Shown: one piece after another, positions 61,961 through 62,000 of the stretch
How the letters are laid out: each line of letters starts with the position of its first letter
Numbering within the stretch: the stretch's first letter is position 1
Assembly (NCBI GenBank): GCA_013239625.1
Contig: MU053487.1
Location: 1,445,058 to 1,507,057 of the forward strand
Length of the DNA stretch: 62,000 nucleotides
Direction of reading: 5' to 3'
Source: Lama guanicoe
Taxonomy: Eukaryota
The notes under the pieces: generated by a model
Seen by the model: the letters and a program-made list of their open reading frames with translations, nothing else
Told to the model about the DNA's origin: nothing
Database searches by the model: none
Translations under genes and position numbers: made by a program

Positions 61961-62000
61961 CTTAAAGAAATTAGTTTAACTGAAATTGGAAGCACCTGTT

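Noticed and set aside
1..62000. CRISPR array, prokaryotic operon or defence system, or intact endogenous virus
   Set aside because: No regularly spaced repeats, no dense long ORFs, and no gag/pol/env or other viral coding sequence seen. The content is typical eutherian non-coding DNA.

Overview
This is AT-rich mammalian non-coding DNA (intronic or intergenic), not a microbial locus. No protein-coding gene, RNA gene or CRISPR array can be supported. The ORFs in the supplied track are either decayed LINE-1 fragments or chance frames. Roughly half of the window is recognisable interspersed repeat: old L1M/HAL1, L2, MIR, MaLR (MLT1) and ERVL LTRs, and hAT MITEs (MER5A, MER20, MER33, MER91A, MER96-like). 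It also has five younger 5'-truncated L1s and one tRNA-derived SINE whose sequences look camelid (vic-1-like SINE, Vicugna/Camelus-type L1 3' ends). Repeat names come from recalled consensus sequences, and most boundaries are approximate (tens of bp) unless a target-site duplication (TSD) fixes them. The most interesting directly visible structures are rearrangement scars: (1) a 93-bp inverted templated insertion copied from a neighbouring L1 (16039-16131 vs 16711-16803), (2) two overlapping snap-back hairpins at that L1's 5' junction (18272-18314), (3) a 44-bp direct templated insertion in an old L1 (37781-37824 vs 38697-38740), and (4) an L1 3' transduction with its own AATAAA and TSD (49684-50254). 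Weaker candidates are an RE1/REST-like site, possible minus-strand non-coding exons and several enhancer-like repeat-free blocks. I found no evidence of a new multi-gene system.
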